In this document: positions 50,618 to 63,896 of the stretch, one piece after another | Position numbering within the stretch: the first letter of the stretch is position 1 | Layout of the letters: every line of letters begins with the position of its first letter | Origin: Octopus sinensis | Taxonomy: Eukaryota | DNA length: 64,000 bases | Assembly (NCBI RefSeq): GCF_006345805.1 | Contig: NC_043001.1 | Location: 47,368,001-47,432,000 of the forward strand | Direction: 5' to 3' | Program-made: the position numbers and the translations under genes | The notes under the pieces: model-generated | Database searches by the model: none | What the model was told of the DNA's origin: nothing | Seen by the model: the letters and a program-made list of their open reading frames with translations, nothing else

Positions 50618-50835
50618 CATACATACATACATACATCATATATATACATATATACATACATATATATATACATATATACATACATATAATATACATATAT
50701 ACATACTATATATATACATATATATATATACATACATATATACATATATACATACATATATACATATATACATACATATATACATATATATATAATATAT
50801 ATATATATATTATATAATATATATATATATAATAT
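50565..50835. repeat. (AT)n/(ATAC)n microsatellite field
   Basis: Directly visible. Confidence 0.95.
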
Positions 50836-51555
50836 ATGAATGAATAACCAAGAGTGGATCTCTATAAGTTGGGTCGTGTTATCTGTATACACTGCAAGAA
50901 TATTATGTGCAAACACTTCTGCACAGATTTTGATATTCAGCTGATATTGTTTGAGTATGCAAATTAGATCGACCTAACAAGGTGCCTAAATTTAAGTACC
51001 TAATTCAACCGAATCTTATATATATATATATATATGTCAATAAAATCTAAGTAAACACTTTGTAGTGCTATATATATATATACAAAGCTAAGTGTAGCTA
51101 CACCGCAACAACAATAAAAAGATCAATAAAAACCGTAACTAGAACATTTTATATTTGCAATCATTAGGCACAGATACGAGGGTGCTATCATAATTAGACC
51201 AGCGGACACAGAAAAAGTATAAAACCGTTGATGAATTATTGAAAGGAATATTATTGATAAATGTTATTGCTGAGTAACATAAATAAATAAGTAAATAAAT
51301 AAAGCGGAGTAGAAAGAAACAAAGATGTAAAAAGAAATGTGCATGCTGTGCCATTTCTATTAATTATGACGTAATTATATAAACATGAGTGAAGTAGATA
51401 AAGTTGGTGGAGGAAGGGTAAATCTATCAGTCTCTTTCAATAACATCAAAGGCAACTTTGTGAAAAATGAGACTAGCCAATGTTTTATAACGCGAGCTGT
51501 ACTTTTGCTGGAAGCAATCAAATGTTTTAGTCTTATGAAAGAACCAACATAAAAG

Positions 51556-51766
51556 CGGCGAGCTGGCAGACACGTTAGCACGCTGGGCGAAGTGCGTAGC
51601 CGTATTTCGTCTGTCTTTACGTTCTGAGATCAAATTCCGCCGAGGTCGACTTTGCCTTTCATCCTTTCGGAGTTCGATAAATTAAGTACCAGTTGTGTAC
51701 TGGGGTCGATCTAATCGACTGGCCGCTTCCCCAAAAATTTCAAGCCTTGTGCCTAGAGTAGAAAAG
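51556..51766 (+). mobile_element. SINE family N monomer (tail B) with 18 bp TSD
   Basis: AAAGAACCAACATAAAAG (51538-51555) and AAAGAACCAACTTAAAAG (51767-51784), one mismatch. Confidence 0.9.
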
Positions 51767-51808
51767 AAAGAACCAACTTAAAAGATGCACTTCGTACGGA
51801 CTTTTAAG

Positions 51809-52177
51809 CTAGTTGTAGCAGAGGGCTAACTGGGTCTGCGACCCAAAACTAAAGAGGGCGATAATAATAAGCATTTATTGGTATCTTACCAATATGTATT
51901 ACTATAAATTCAGTTTAAATGAAAAACTTGTAAATTCACAAATTTTTTGAGTTCTTTAACATTTGAATTTTCAACTGTTAGCATGTAACAAATTCCTATC
52001 CAGACCTGATCTCAATGCTGGATGTTCAAGAGTCAAATAAAGGGCGGATTTTTCATCCCGGGATCACTCTCATTTCAAACAAGTATAATATATCTATGTA
52101 AAGCAAATGTAGTCTAAGATACAGGGGTCCCGAACAGGCGGACAGACAGAATTTCGGGTTTATTATTATAAATAGGA
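51809..52177 (-). mobile_element. Probable non-autonomous Helitron
   Basis: Minus strand begins TCCTATTTATAATAATAAACCCGAAATTCTGTCTGTCCG and ends with hairpin GGGTC-GCA-GACCC then CTAG. The 5' flank is not A. Confidence 0.5.
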
Positions 52178-52222
52178 GGAAGGCAAGAAAGAAGAGAGAA
52201 AAAAGGAGACAAAACCTATAGT

Positions 52223-52580
52223 CAGTCATTGGACTGAAACCATGCTTGAGTATAGCCTTTAAAGGGTTTTAGGTCGAACAAATCGACCTCAGTACATTAC
52301 ATTTTCTATCGGATTTTTTTTTACCGATCTGCTAAGTTACGAGGATGTAAACAAACTAACACCGGTTGTCAAGTAGTAGGATGACAAACATAAAGACATA
52401 CATATATAGACACCACACACACACACACACATGTATATATATGACGGGCGTCTTTCAGTTTCTGTCTACCAAATTCATTTACATGGTATTGGTCGGGTCG
52501 GAGCTAGATATTTGCTCAAGGACTGAACCCAAAACCACGTGGTTACAAATCAATTTTCATAACCACACAGCCATGCCTAT
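52223..52580 (-). mobile_element. SINE family A, degenerate full copy
   Basis: GACGGGCGTCTTTCAGTTTCTGTCTACCAAATTC..GGACTGAACCC..AACCACACAGCCATGCCT. Confidence 0.8.
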
Positions 52581-54142
52581 GCTTATTTGGTGGCGTTAAG
52601 TCAATAAAAACAATAGCTAAAAGACACAGAATAGACTGGATTAAATAATGTGTATTATTGGTACTTTATTTATTAACTCCCAAGGAAAATATGAGGAAGA
52701 TTCTATCTCAGTAGGTTTTGAACACAGAACAGAGTAAGATAAATTAAAATACTGAAAACTATTAGGTGCTCTAATATGATTTTTTTCCTTGGGTAGCCAC
52801 TGATATTTTCTATTTGCTTACCCTTAGAAAGTATGAAAAATGGCTAATATTTCCTTCAAACTTTGCTTTCTTACATTTATCCAACCCTCAAAGAATTCTT
52901 CTCAATATATAGCTATGGTGCCCCCTCCCTCATTACTTCTGTTCATGGCTTGAGATGAACATATTGTCAGCCACTAAAGGCCATGCTCAAATGGTTAAGG
53001 TCAAGCAACTTGACAAGCAAATATGTGGCACTGAGCAGAATATTTGTTGTAACAATATTTCTACTTCAGCAACTCGGCGCTGGATCTGTGAAATGTAATG
53101 GAAAATTGGTCAATTTCAAAACATTGCTGTCCAGGTCTCAAAAGCAAAGTTTGAAGGGAATCGTAGATATTTCCTTTGATTTCTAGATAGAAGCAAATAG
53201 TAAATAACACTTACGGACCGAAGACAAATAAAATAAAATAAAACCAAAAAAAAAAAAAATGTTATACAGTGTTATTAGCTATACAAATATCAGTACGCGC
53301 ATTTGGGAGTGTAGTTATAGTCGATAACATCTTATTTTGTAGACCTTCGAAGTCGACCCGTGCAGGATTTGAACTCCAGACACAAACGGTTGCAACTAAA
53401 TACTATCAGGCATTTTGTCTGATGTTCTACTACGTCTTTCATCCACCTCATTTAACCCCTTATCCAGTGTATTATATGTAGTACACAGCGTATATTTCCC
53501 CGGACTCATGCATCATCTATGATACACATTACCGATTGTTTTCAACCACCAGAATAACGGGGCTGATCAAAGGAAAACTTTATATTATTCAGAATGTATG
53601 AAGGATGGGCTAATTAAAGTCAGAAAGCAAGTACGAACGTTTGGCTCAAACTTATGAAAAGGATTTGTACAAGCAATGGGTCGTTATACTAACATAACTT
53701 TTTTCTCAAATAACCTGAACAATTTTATATTCGTAACGTGATATAATTGCAACTGGAATCCAGCTAGATTGGAACCCACAACATAGAAGCTTGGAAGTGA
53801 CTGGTCTTTCGTTTCGTTTCATGTAACAAAGAAATACCACGGGAGCATAATTATCACTGCAACATAGAACATTCGAGCAAGCAAACAGACATAAAATTAG
53901 ACTAATATGACCTCTTAGCAAACTTTCAGAATAAATAGAAAATATAAAAATAAAAAGCAAATAAGAAAACAAAAAAAATAATAAATGACGTTTCTCATAG
54001 GTCAGTTTAAGTAACAAAAACAATAGCAAATTGCGAACATGACTTCGGAACATACAGTCCAAATGTCAGAATTTGTTTTTATATTCTATGGTTATTGGAT
54101 GGTGTATAAAATATTTTGGAGCAATTTCCACACAATGGGGTG

Positions 54143-54194
<52 letters not shown>

Positions 54195-54919
54195 ATTGTG
54201 TGTGTGTGGTGTGTGTGTGTATTATGAACTTATTTCGTCGTAGATAAAATGCATTAAAGATATTATCGTTGTGTGATATAATCTAGGTCAAGACAAGCCT
54301 AGCAAAGTCTATCCCAATTCAAATGCCATTCACAAGAGAACTTCGGCCCAACATTGCAACTAAGTCAGTCTCACCCGACTCGACCGCGAGACCTTTCAAT
54401 AAAGTGCTGTACATCTCATGGTAATTATTTGCCAATGAATCAATTTGAGAAACTAGGGTTTCAGATATGGAAAAACGGTAAGTTAGTGATGGAATACGAA
54501 CCAGCGATATTTCGTTCAGCATTCCAAATAATTAGATGCAGGCATTAAATAACACGGTATTTAAAAAAAAATAGGTTTCGCTTTAATGCTTCCTACATCT
54601 TAGCTTATATTTCAAACTTAGTACTTTCTGGGTGGTTTATTTTTCTCTTTTACAATGAAAATATCTCTTCATCAGTTAAAAGAGGTCATTTGATATCAAA
54701 CTAAGTAACCTCCCCCCGCGCACACAGACACGCTTAAGCATACACATACACGCACAAGTACATACAAAATTGATTTTGTAGTACAGTTATAGACTATCGC
54801 ATTTATTGCAACAAGGAAAAGCTTCGCAATGGCTTCGAAGTTTCAGTTCAGTTGCCTTTGATTGCTAGATTGTCTGACGATTCTGTGCCGAAACTTCGAA
54901 ATCACTGTTAACTTTCCCT

Positions 54920-54957
54920 GATGCCGACGAAGAGCAATAACTCTTGAAATATGCATC
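54920..54957 (+). ncRNA. Decayed hammerhead-like motif (third variant)
   Basis: GATG-CCGACGA-AGAG-CAATAA-CTCT-TGAAAT-ATG-CATC; helix I GATG/CATC. Confidence 0.3.
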
Positions 54958-55100
54958 CCGATAAATTACTTGTTCTGGTCCCTGAGTTAAAGCCCCCTCT
55001 GAAAAGTCGCTACAATTACAGACGATAAAACAGAAGGAAAAATATCATCTCGTGAACTGTGCATTTTTGAAAAGCTTTCTACGTACAAAAAAATTTAAAA

Positions 55101-55154
55101 AACCGTTTGAATGAGTGTATAAACAGTGGAGGGAACTACTTTGAAGGAGACAAG
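55101..55154 (+). mobile_element. Mariner transposase C-terminal remnant
   Basis: NRLNECINSGGNYFEGDK. Confidence 0.6.
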
Positions 55155-55914
55155 TCTAATGAAAACTTAAATAAAGCTCGAAGTTTTGTTTCTTCAGGAT
55201 AGGCTTCATATGTATGTATGCGCGCGCGTGTGGTGTGTGTGTGTACGCTGGCACTCACTTAGTGGTCAGCCACTTGGAACCAATCAGAGACCCCACGGAC
55301 GCTTATCTATGAATACAAGTGCCATCGCCCAGGTGTGTTCTTCAGCCTGAATGTGCATGCTGAGAATTAGCCCGCGCACTCAGGCCATACTTTGCACTCT
55401 CACCCTCTTCTCAGCGAATTCACTCAAAAGCAGCACCTCCTTCTCTATACTTATCTTCCATGTAGTACTTGAAAAAGACGGCGACGGATTGGCCGAAAGG
55501 TAAAGTGTCTGACCTCAGTTCTTTCATGTTATTCACCATAATAACGATAACAAGTAAATAAATGAATAAATAAATGGTAAATATTTCATTATCCCACGCA
55601 CTAATACGATTACATAGATCAAATGATAGCCGTCTATGAATATCATTGAATAAGTAATTAGCCTTATTAAATCCAGTTTGAAAGAAAATAGATGTCCATC
55701 AAATGGGTTGTCGACCCCACTTAATTCAAACAGTGAGAAAGATCGATATGTAATCAGCAATCAGTCTTAATGATTTCAGGAACTGGGAAAATAGAAGTTA
55801 AGATGTTCACGCTTCTTCTACAAGGAATAAAGGAAATAACCACCACAATGATTTAAATTTGATTAACGGGAACTGCAACACATTTGTTCTTTTGTTCTTG
55901 AGATGTTTTTATAA

Positions 55915-56080
55915 TATTGTTATTGTTCAGCAGCACCATGTCAGCCCAGAACGCTGTGTATCCGGGATCGCAATTATCCCGTGTGTCGTCCCCTTTTAAA
56001 GATGGCAGAATGTGATTTGAGGGAAATTTGATTTTTATTTCAAGTAATTCGAGTACCTGCGGAGAAGCATCCCCATTGGT
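55915..56080 (-). repeat. Family B copy
   Basis: Plus strand TGTCAGCCCAG..TTTTAAAGATGGCAGAATGTGATTTGAGGGAAATTTG. Confidence 0.6.
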
Positions 56081-56254
56081 TTGCCTAAACTTTTCATGCA
56101 ACAGCGGATCTACATCATTGTTGAAAACTTCAATGGTTTATTTGGTATGTATTTAGAATTTCACGTGATTAATATTGTAATCCCATGAATAGTAATGTTG
56201 ATTATAAACAAAACGTTAATTCATTTATTCATAAAATAAATGTAATAAAATAAT

Positions 56255-56468
56255 GGGTTTCAAATTTTGGCACAAGACAGCAATTTTATTGGTGGGGAGT
56301 AAGTCGATTACATCGACCCCCATTACTCAACGGGTATTTATTTTGTCGATCCTGGAAAAGTGAAACCTACATGTTGGCGGAATTTGAATTTAGAACGTAA
56401 ACCTTTAGAACGTAAGGCCGCAAAATATTTTGTTCGGCATGCTAATAATTCTGCCAGCTCACTGCCTT
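56255..56468 (-). mobile_element. SINE family N monomer
   Basis: TTTCAAATTTTGGCACAAG..GTCGATTACATCGACCCC..TTCTGCCAGCTCACTGCC. Confidence 0.8.
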
Positions 56469-57527
56469 TAACAGTATTGCAATAATGAAATTAAGATATC
56501 ATCTCGTTGTAAAGACTAGCTATTCGGTATAAGAAGTATTAATCTGAGAGATATGTACGGAGAGGCAGGTAAACGAAACCATTCCACAGGGAACTGAAAC
56601 TTAATTGCAAACGCAGTTTTGTGGGAGCCTACTAAACCGCTAGAGTGCAAGCACGGTTTCATTATAAACAACCAGAATATCAGATATCTTCTGATATTCA
56701 GTCTGTTTTACATGTTAGAGTTACGTTATACACTTGTTGGCTTTTATTTTGGAACATTTTCAATAAAATTATTTTGATGTACCACAATTCAAAGGCTTAA
56801 AATCCCTAGTATCTGCATAGATTTTTATTATAGGTTAGAACCTAGATCATTCATCACAACAACACTGGGAGTTAATCTGACTAATTGGTAAATATTCTTC
56901 CATCAACATGCAAATAACCACCAACCAAACCACCAGCCCTTATTACATGCGGCACACTATCTGCTGAAATAAATATAATAGCTTCTACTCCTTTGAACAA
57001 CAAAGCTGCGTACCGCCTCAGTTCAAGCTCTACCAATTCACTTGTCTCTTTTTCTTTTTATTATCTGAAAAACCGCATCAAACTTTTCGTTCAGCTCTAA
57101 ACTTCCACCCCGACTTTGCAGCCTTTTGGATTTATCTACATTTTTACTATATATTTTTCATTTTTCACAAAAGGCATTAAACATGAACATCAGCGATAAA
57201 ATCACCAATCCTTCCCCTGCAACTGATATGATATATTAAAAGCTTAACGTTGCATTGATTGAATATTCTACATCTCAACAAACAGTAACATTTACTAGTG
57301 TTTTTTTCTGTTGAGCTTTGTACTGAGTGGTTTTGGAAACGACAAATATATTTTTACCATTCGGTTCTGGTGGTAGCTCGGAGCAGCATATTGAAATTTA
57401 CTACCTGAAGGATGGTCGAGATATCATGTTACCCTTACTTTTACTGAGTAGCTCTTAATATCTTTTTACTTTAACTTTCTCTCTCTCTCTCTCTCTCACA
57501 CATACACACTTCATTTCTATCTGTCTT

Positions 57528-57562
<35 letters not shown>

Positions 57563-57870
57563 GCATCGTGGAAGAACCGTTTTATCCATTTAAGTCGGTA
57601 TAAAAAGGTTACATTCACTTCTCTTTTACCTCTTAATGGTACTGTGATGTGTCCTAAAGTTTCGTCGCAGTTCTGCGACCTGGTACCACAACATTTTTCA
57701 AGAGGCATTTGAAAGACATCACTGATTAGGTCGCACAAACTTTTATACACTTTGTTTCACTTCATAATAAAGAGTACCCATAAAAAATACACAGAAACTT
57801 AATGTAACCGCTTTGTCTTTAATTCTGTCTATTAAATACCCAACTATATAACTATGATACTTTCTCTCTC

Positions 57871-58270
57871 AAAGCGGCAAGCCGGCAGAAACGTTAGCAG
57901 GCCGGGTGAAATGCGTTGCCGTATTTCGTCTGCCGTTACGTTCTGAGTTCAAATTCCGCCGAGGTCGACTTTGCCTTTCATCCTTTCGGGGTCGATTAAA
58001 TAAGTACCAGTTACGCACTGGGGTCGATATAATCGACTTAATCCGTTTTTCTGTCCTTGTTTGTCCTCCGTGTGTTTAGCCCCTTCTGGGTTGTAAAGAA
58101 ATAGTTATTTCGTCAGTCTTTATGTTCTGAATTCAAAATCCGCCGAGGTCGACTTTGCCTTTCATCCTTTCGGAGTCTATAAATTAAGTATCAGATGCGT
58201 AGTGGGGTCGATCTAATCGACTGGCCCCCTCCTCCAAAATTTCGGGCCTTGTGCCTAGTGTAGAAAAGAA
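57871..58270 (+). mobile_element. SINE family N dimer (tail A + tail B)
   Basis: Two copies of CCGCCGAGGTCGACTTTGCCTTTCATCCTTTCGG, with internal TTTAGCCCCTTCTGGGTTGTAAAGAAATAG. Confidence 0.9.
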
Positions 58271-58587
58271 TATATATATATCTCCTCGTACACATACACA
58301 CACGCACACACATACATATCTACAGAGAGGGAGGAAGGGGGGAAAGCGCAAAAAGAGAGCGCGGGAGGAGAGAGAGAGAGAGAGAAATACAGATTAAAAA
58401 AAAAAATCAATTTTGGATTTACGAAAATCATCTCAGATTCTTTATTCTTGAGATAATCTCTCCTCCGATGGAGCTGTTCTCAATTGCCATTTAGCAACTG
58501 TGTCACATCTTTTAGAGACGAAGGTTTTAATAAATGAAGAATTTATGTTTTATGGTATTTAATATACCCGTATTTGTTTTGTTCTTA

Positions 58588-58892
58588 GGCGCGTGATTTA
58601 GTGGTTAGGGCATTCGGCTCACGATCGTAAGGTCATGAGTTCAACTCACGGCGACGTGTTGTGTCCTTGAGCAAGACACTTTATTTCACGTTGCTCCAGT
58701 CCACACAGCAGACAAAAATGAGTAGTACCTGCATTTCAAAGGTCCAGCCTTGTCACGCTGAATCTCCCTGAGAACTACGTTGAGAGTACACGTGGCTGTG
58801 GAGTCCTCAGCCACTTATACGTTAATTTTGCGAGCAAGCTGTTCCGTTGGTCGTATCAGCTGGGACCTTCATCGTCGTAACCGACGGAGCAC
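58588..58892 (+). mobile_element. tRNA-head CORE-like SINE (family C)
   Basis: GGCGCGTGATTTAGTGGTTAG..GAGTTCAACTC head; GTTGTGTCCTTGAGCAAGACACTTTATTTCACGTTGCTCCAG shared with 28637. Confidence 0.8.
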
Positions 58893-59664
58893 TTCTTTTT
58901 TTCTTATATTATATTATATCATATACCGGCTTATTTCTCTTTGGATGGTGACATCTGTTCTAATGCCAACCATAGAAATAACTATGTAAGTGAAAAGGAA
59001 TGGAAATATTTTTAGTGCAACTTGCAATCCACTAGAACTGAAGGTATAAACCAAATCCTCTCCCGCCTGTTCACCATGAATGTAAATAAACAAGGACACA
59101 TTTTAGAATATACACTCATCCTTTAAACACACACAGAAATACGCCTACATGCGCACACTCTTGTACACACGCATTCTTTCCATCGTTTGGTTTTACCTCC
59201 TATATCTTACCCCGTGTTATTTTAATATTCTGTTTTCCAGTTTTCTTTAGTGACGGTTTATATGAAAATAATGGCCTTTAGATTAAAGAGGAAAAAGAAA
59301 ATACATGACTCAACGGTAGCTTAGAATTAATTGACACTTGAGTTCAGAGCATTAGTTTCTGATTCACGAAATATTATGTCCTAAATCTAATAAACTGGCT
59401 CTAAAAAAACACCACGCCATACGTTTTATGATGTCAATCAAAAAAGGACTGTTTATGATTTTTCTGTAATATTTATTTTCTAAAGTTTTCTTCGTGAAAT
59501 CTTCATCTCTCTCTCTCTCTTTCTTTCTCTCTCTTCATATATGTATGTATATATATTATATATAAAGTTAATCCAAACAAGAAAGAACAAAAAAACACAA
59601 CAACGCGAGGACGTGGAACAAATATAGTATTATTGGACGCTCAGGAAAGAAGGAAAGAAGGAGG

Positions 59665-59699
59665 GTTTAACGTTTCGAGCGGAGCTCTTCGTCGGAAAC
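59665..59699 (-). ncRNA. Hammerhead-like motif, subfamily 2 (all helices intact), in a Penelope-like fragment at ~59563-59790
   Basis: Minus strand GTTT-CCGACGA-A-GAGC-TCC-GCTC-GAAAC-GTT-AAAC. Confidence 0.6.
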
Positions 59700-60199
59700 A
59701 TAGGAGAAGGAAAGATCCAGAGAAGGGAAGACAGAGGAAAAAAACGCCAACGGTACACACGAGGTCACATTTTGAAAGACCGGAAGGAAATGGGTGAAGA
59801 AAGGTGTTTTCAAAGACAGGATAGTGGTTCTGTCAAAGATATATAATATTATCTGGGTAATAATAGCCTGCCTTCCAAAGCCTCTCTCCGGGTGTCAGTT
59901 ACCAGATACTACGATGCAACAAGACTTCTCCTTGTACTGGATATACATGTGGAAAACCGTGTGTATCCATGGAGTCTATACAAAAGAATTTTAAACTGAG
60001 AATATGGAATGAACAGGCTGTATTACACATCACTGCAATTGTTTCAGCGCATCAATATCAGTTGGTAATCGCTGAATATTGCATATATTATACACATTAT
60101 TGCAGTAATATGACCCAACAATAGCTGTATACATGCACATCTTCAGATGAATAAGGTCCAAGGCATTGTAGTGATATATATATATATATACATATATAT

Positions 60200-60586
60200 T
60201 CTTTTACTTGCTTCAGTCATTTGACTGCGGTCATGGTAAAGTACCGCCTTTTTGTCGAACAAACCGACCCTAGGACTTATTCTATCGTTATCTTTTGCTG
60301 AACCGCTACGTTACGGGACGTCAACAACCCCCACTCGGTTTTGTCCTAAACGATATGGGGGGAGGAGACAGAAAATTATAGACTACAAATATAATACAAA
60401 ACATAGACAAAAAGATAACATTAGACGGTTTTCTTTCAGTTTCCATCTACCAAATCCACTCACAAGGCTTTGGTCGGTCTGAGGTTGAAGTAGAAAATAC
60501 TTGCCCAAGGTGTCATACAGTGGGACTGAACCCGCAACCATGAGGTTGAAAAGCAAGCTTCTTACTACACAGCCACACCTGCTCCT
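60200..60586 (-). mobile_element. SINE family A, full copy
   Basis: Same head and 3' part as 35709. Confidence 0.88.
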
Positions 60587-60692
60587 GTATATGCATGTAT
60601 TATGTATGTATGTATGTTGTATGTATGTATGTATGTATGTATGTGTTATGTATGTAAGTATATATCTATGCCTGTGCATCTTTGTGTTAGTG

Positions 60693-60866
60693 CCACCATC
60701 ATCGCTTGACAACCGGTGTTGGTGTGTTTACGTCCCCGTAAGCCAGCGGTTCGGCAAAGAGACCGATAAAATAAATAATAGGCTTACTAAAAATAAATAC
60801 TGCGGTCGAATTGTTCGGCAAAAACATTTCAAGGCGGTGCTCCAGCATAACCGCATTCAAATGACT
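60693..60866 (+). mobile_element. SINE family A 3' part, inverted relative to 60200
   Basis: CGCTTGACAACCGGTGTTGGTGTGTTTACGTCCCCGTAA..AGGCGGTGCTCCAGCAT. Confidence 0.8.
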
Positions 60867-60888
60867 ATTCTATTAAAAAAATAAAAGA

Positions 60889-60929
<41 letters not shown>

Positions 60930-61673
60930 TGTGTGCGTGTGTATGTATGTTCGTCCCTGTGTTATGTATGTGCATGTGTATGTGTATGTGTGCATGTACG
61001 TGTGTGTAAAAACAAAATACACTCGAGTACACGCCCGAGCGTATTTACATATATTTGCAGCTCCCATCTCGGAGCAAGGGGTCTGGACAGTCCTGGAATA
61101 CTTAACCGTTACGCAGTCTGTCACAAACCGTCGTATTATCCAGTCTTTTAGTAATGTCATACAACAATGTCATAAAAAATGCCAAGTAATCATGTCATGA
61201 CATTTATGTAGCTTGTCATGTCATAGACATAGACACTGTATTCGTGTTGTCTTATCGTATCATGTAGTTATGTCATAACGTTACGTCATAGTATCATGTC
61301 GCTTAGTCACAGCGTAATTCTATCATCTGGTTATTTTATGTATCTGTGTCTCATATAGGATGTTGAGAAGTCAACTTTGCTGGTGGCAGAGAAGGGGGCT
61401 ACCATTCCTCTCTAAGCTGTAACGGATTAGATTGGAAGAATTATGTTTAATATCAGTAGGTACTAAAACCCTAGCAAATTACCAAATGCTCTTAGTGTCC
61501 GTGACTGACATTAAATAGCACCGAGTGATAATATCTATTTACAACTAGGCGAACTGAACCAGCAAAGGGTAGGGTGTTGGCATGCTGGTTGCAAAGGAAG
61601 AAAAACTGTTGCAATGGTGACAGGGTATTTGTTTATCTCTTCAGGTAGTAGAGCCGAATATCTAAATAAATAT

Positions 61674-61677
<4 letters not shown>

Positions 61678-61716
<39 letters not shown>

Positions 61717-61822
61717 AGAAGAAGAAGAAAAGGATGAAGAAGAAGAAGAAGAAAAGGATGAAGAAGAAGGAAGAGAAGAAGAAGAAGAAAAGGATGAAGA
61801 AGAAGGAAGAGAAGAAGAAGAA
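61678..61822. repeat. (GA)n plus interrupted (AAG)n tract
   Basis: Directly visible. Confidence 0.9.
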
Positions 61823-63896
61823 ATGGTACACGGAAGGGGTAGAGATAATGAGAGTGAAAGGGTTTAGAAGGTGGCGAGAACGAATTAGAAAGACAAAGAT
61901 TATGAGCGTGTGTATGTGAAAAAGAAACATATATGTACCATATATACAATATACACACACATATACACACACTGAGATAAAGAGAGAAAGAAAGAGAGAG
62001 AGAGAAAAACAAGGAGAAATAAAAATGTGAAATAGAGAGCGGTAGAGATAAAAACAGAAAAACATAGATGTGGTACAAAGAGAAACGAGAAGAGGCTGAG
62101 AAGACATGGAGAATATTGAGAAGAAACAAGAAGAGAGAGGTAGAGAGATATGGAGAGAGAGACAAAGAGGAAAACAGAAAGAGAACGTACTAGAATCGAG
62201 AAAGAAATGAGAGAAAATTAACACTACCAACACATTTTCTTGGCCCACGGGGAGTCAACTTGGAAAAACAAACCAATACAACTACTTTATGAGTGAATTT
62301 GTAAACACTAACAGTACGTCTATCAACAGAAATAATAAACATGTTTCAAATGATGACATTTGGAGTTGAGTGGATAAATACTATAAATATATATTTTTGG
62401 CATTACTTTAGTGGATCAAAAACAGTGTGTGGGCAACAGTGGAAGAAGGAAAGAAAACAGAAGAAAATTGAAACGACATTTATACGTAACAAAGGGCCTT
62501 GTCAACACGATGACCTCACATATATAAAACAAGCACACATAGGAAGCTGTTACAGAAGCGAAGCGGTGCTGAAAATACTGCCATAACGTGGAATTCCTTA
62601 ATGCATTGCTTTTTTTCCCCCGTTGCCTAAGGAAGAAGATACAAAAAAAAGGAAAGAAAAACTGGAAAAAAAAAAAAAGTAAGGAAGAATGGATGAAAAG
62701 AGGAAATAAAGATAGAATGAAAGGAAAAAAAGAAAGAACGGAAGGAAAAAAGGGTGAAAGAAAGATAGCAGAACGAAAGAAAGAAGCATCAATAAAGAAA
62801 AATAACGAAAATAAAAAATAACAAAGGGAAACAAAGAAAAATAACAAAGAAAAAAGGAAAAGAAGGAAGAAATAAAGAAAGGAAAAAGAAAGACATAAAC
62901 ACAGAGAGAGAGGGGGGAGAGGAAAGAAAAAAGATAGAAAGGGACAGCCGTGATATTTGCATCAACCAAGTCTCCTGCAAAATAAACTTATGATTGTTCA
63001 CATATAAATTACATAATTGCTGTTTCCAATATTCATTAATTTATTCACGCCTTTCATCGTTAGGTGGCGATTGTGTCCTCTTAGTGTGTGGTCTCTCAAA
63101 TTTGTTTGCTATTTTTATTCCCCCTCCTCCTCCTCCTTTTTTTCTTTCCGCTATTCCTATTTTGTTCTTTAACTTTGCTGCAATAGAAATTCTTTGGTCA
63201 TTATATGTATTCCATTATTTGTGACACAGTTTTAGTGATAAAGGAATCCTCACGATGAGGAAGCGCTACGTTGCTGAATTTTTTTTTACTGTAAAGTGGA
63301 ATTTCGAAACGCGAAACCCACTTCCGTCATTGACTAATTTTTCTTTCTTTCTTTTTTTTCTTTCTTTCTTTCATTAATTATTCTCTAAATTCACCAGCTA
63401 TGTTGCATATGTTGGCAAGCATGCAGAACAGCTTGAAACCATCACACTCACTCTCAACATTTTCTTCACCATCTCACATCACTAATAAGACCCTCACCAC
63501 CACCACCACCACCAACAACAAAAACAACCGTCTCCATCATCATCGTGATGATGATCATCATCTTCATCATGATCTATATTATGATATAGAATGAGAACAC
63601 CGGCTGTTTCAAGAAATTCCGTAACGCAAAACGTTACGGATTCCTACATCATGGCCTGATTAGTTGATGAGGAAAGTGGATTTCCCGTTCCGAAATTCCA
63701 CATAACAGCAAAACATTCAGAAGCACAATACACCTTCATCACGAGAGTTTTTGTGTTGCCAAATCTGCATCATAAAGAATAAGTAGGCTAAGAAATAACG
63801 GAACGCATAAAATGTCCAATGAATTTGTATTACAGCAGTTAACAATAGAACAACAACAAAGCAAAAACGAAAGAACGGAATATCTTTTATCTTTAA

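Noticed and set aside
54440-54484. IWKNG|GTAAGT as the continuation of the CH domain
   Set aside because: The upstream residues do not fit the CH (V.NFT.SW) pattern and there is no suitable acceptor.
54870-54900. CTGACGA...GAAAC as a hammerhead
   Set aside because: No helix II or helix I pairing.
63618-63640. Small hairpins (TCCGTAACG-CAAAA-CGTTACGGA here; also 56675-56699 and 2771-2787)
   Set aside because: Stems of 8-10 bp are expected by chance in 64 kb, and bacterial terminator logic does not apply.
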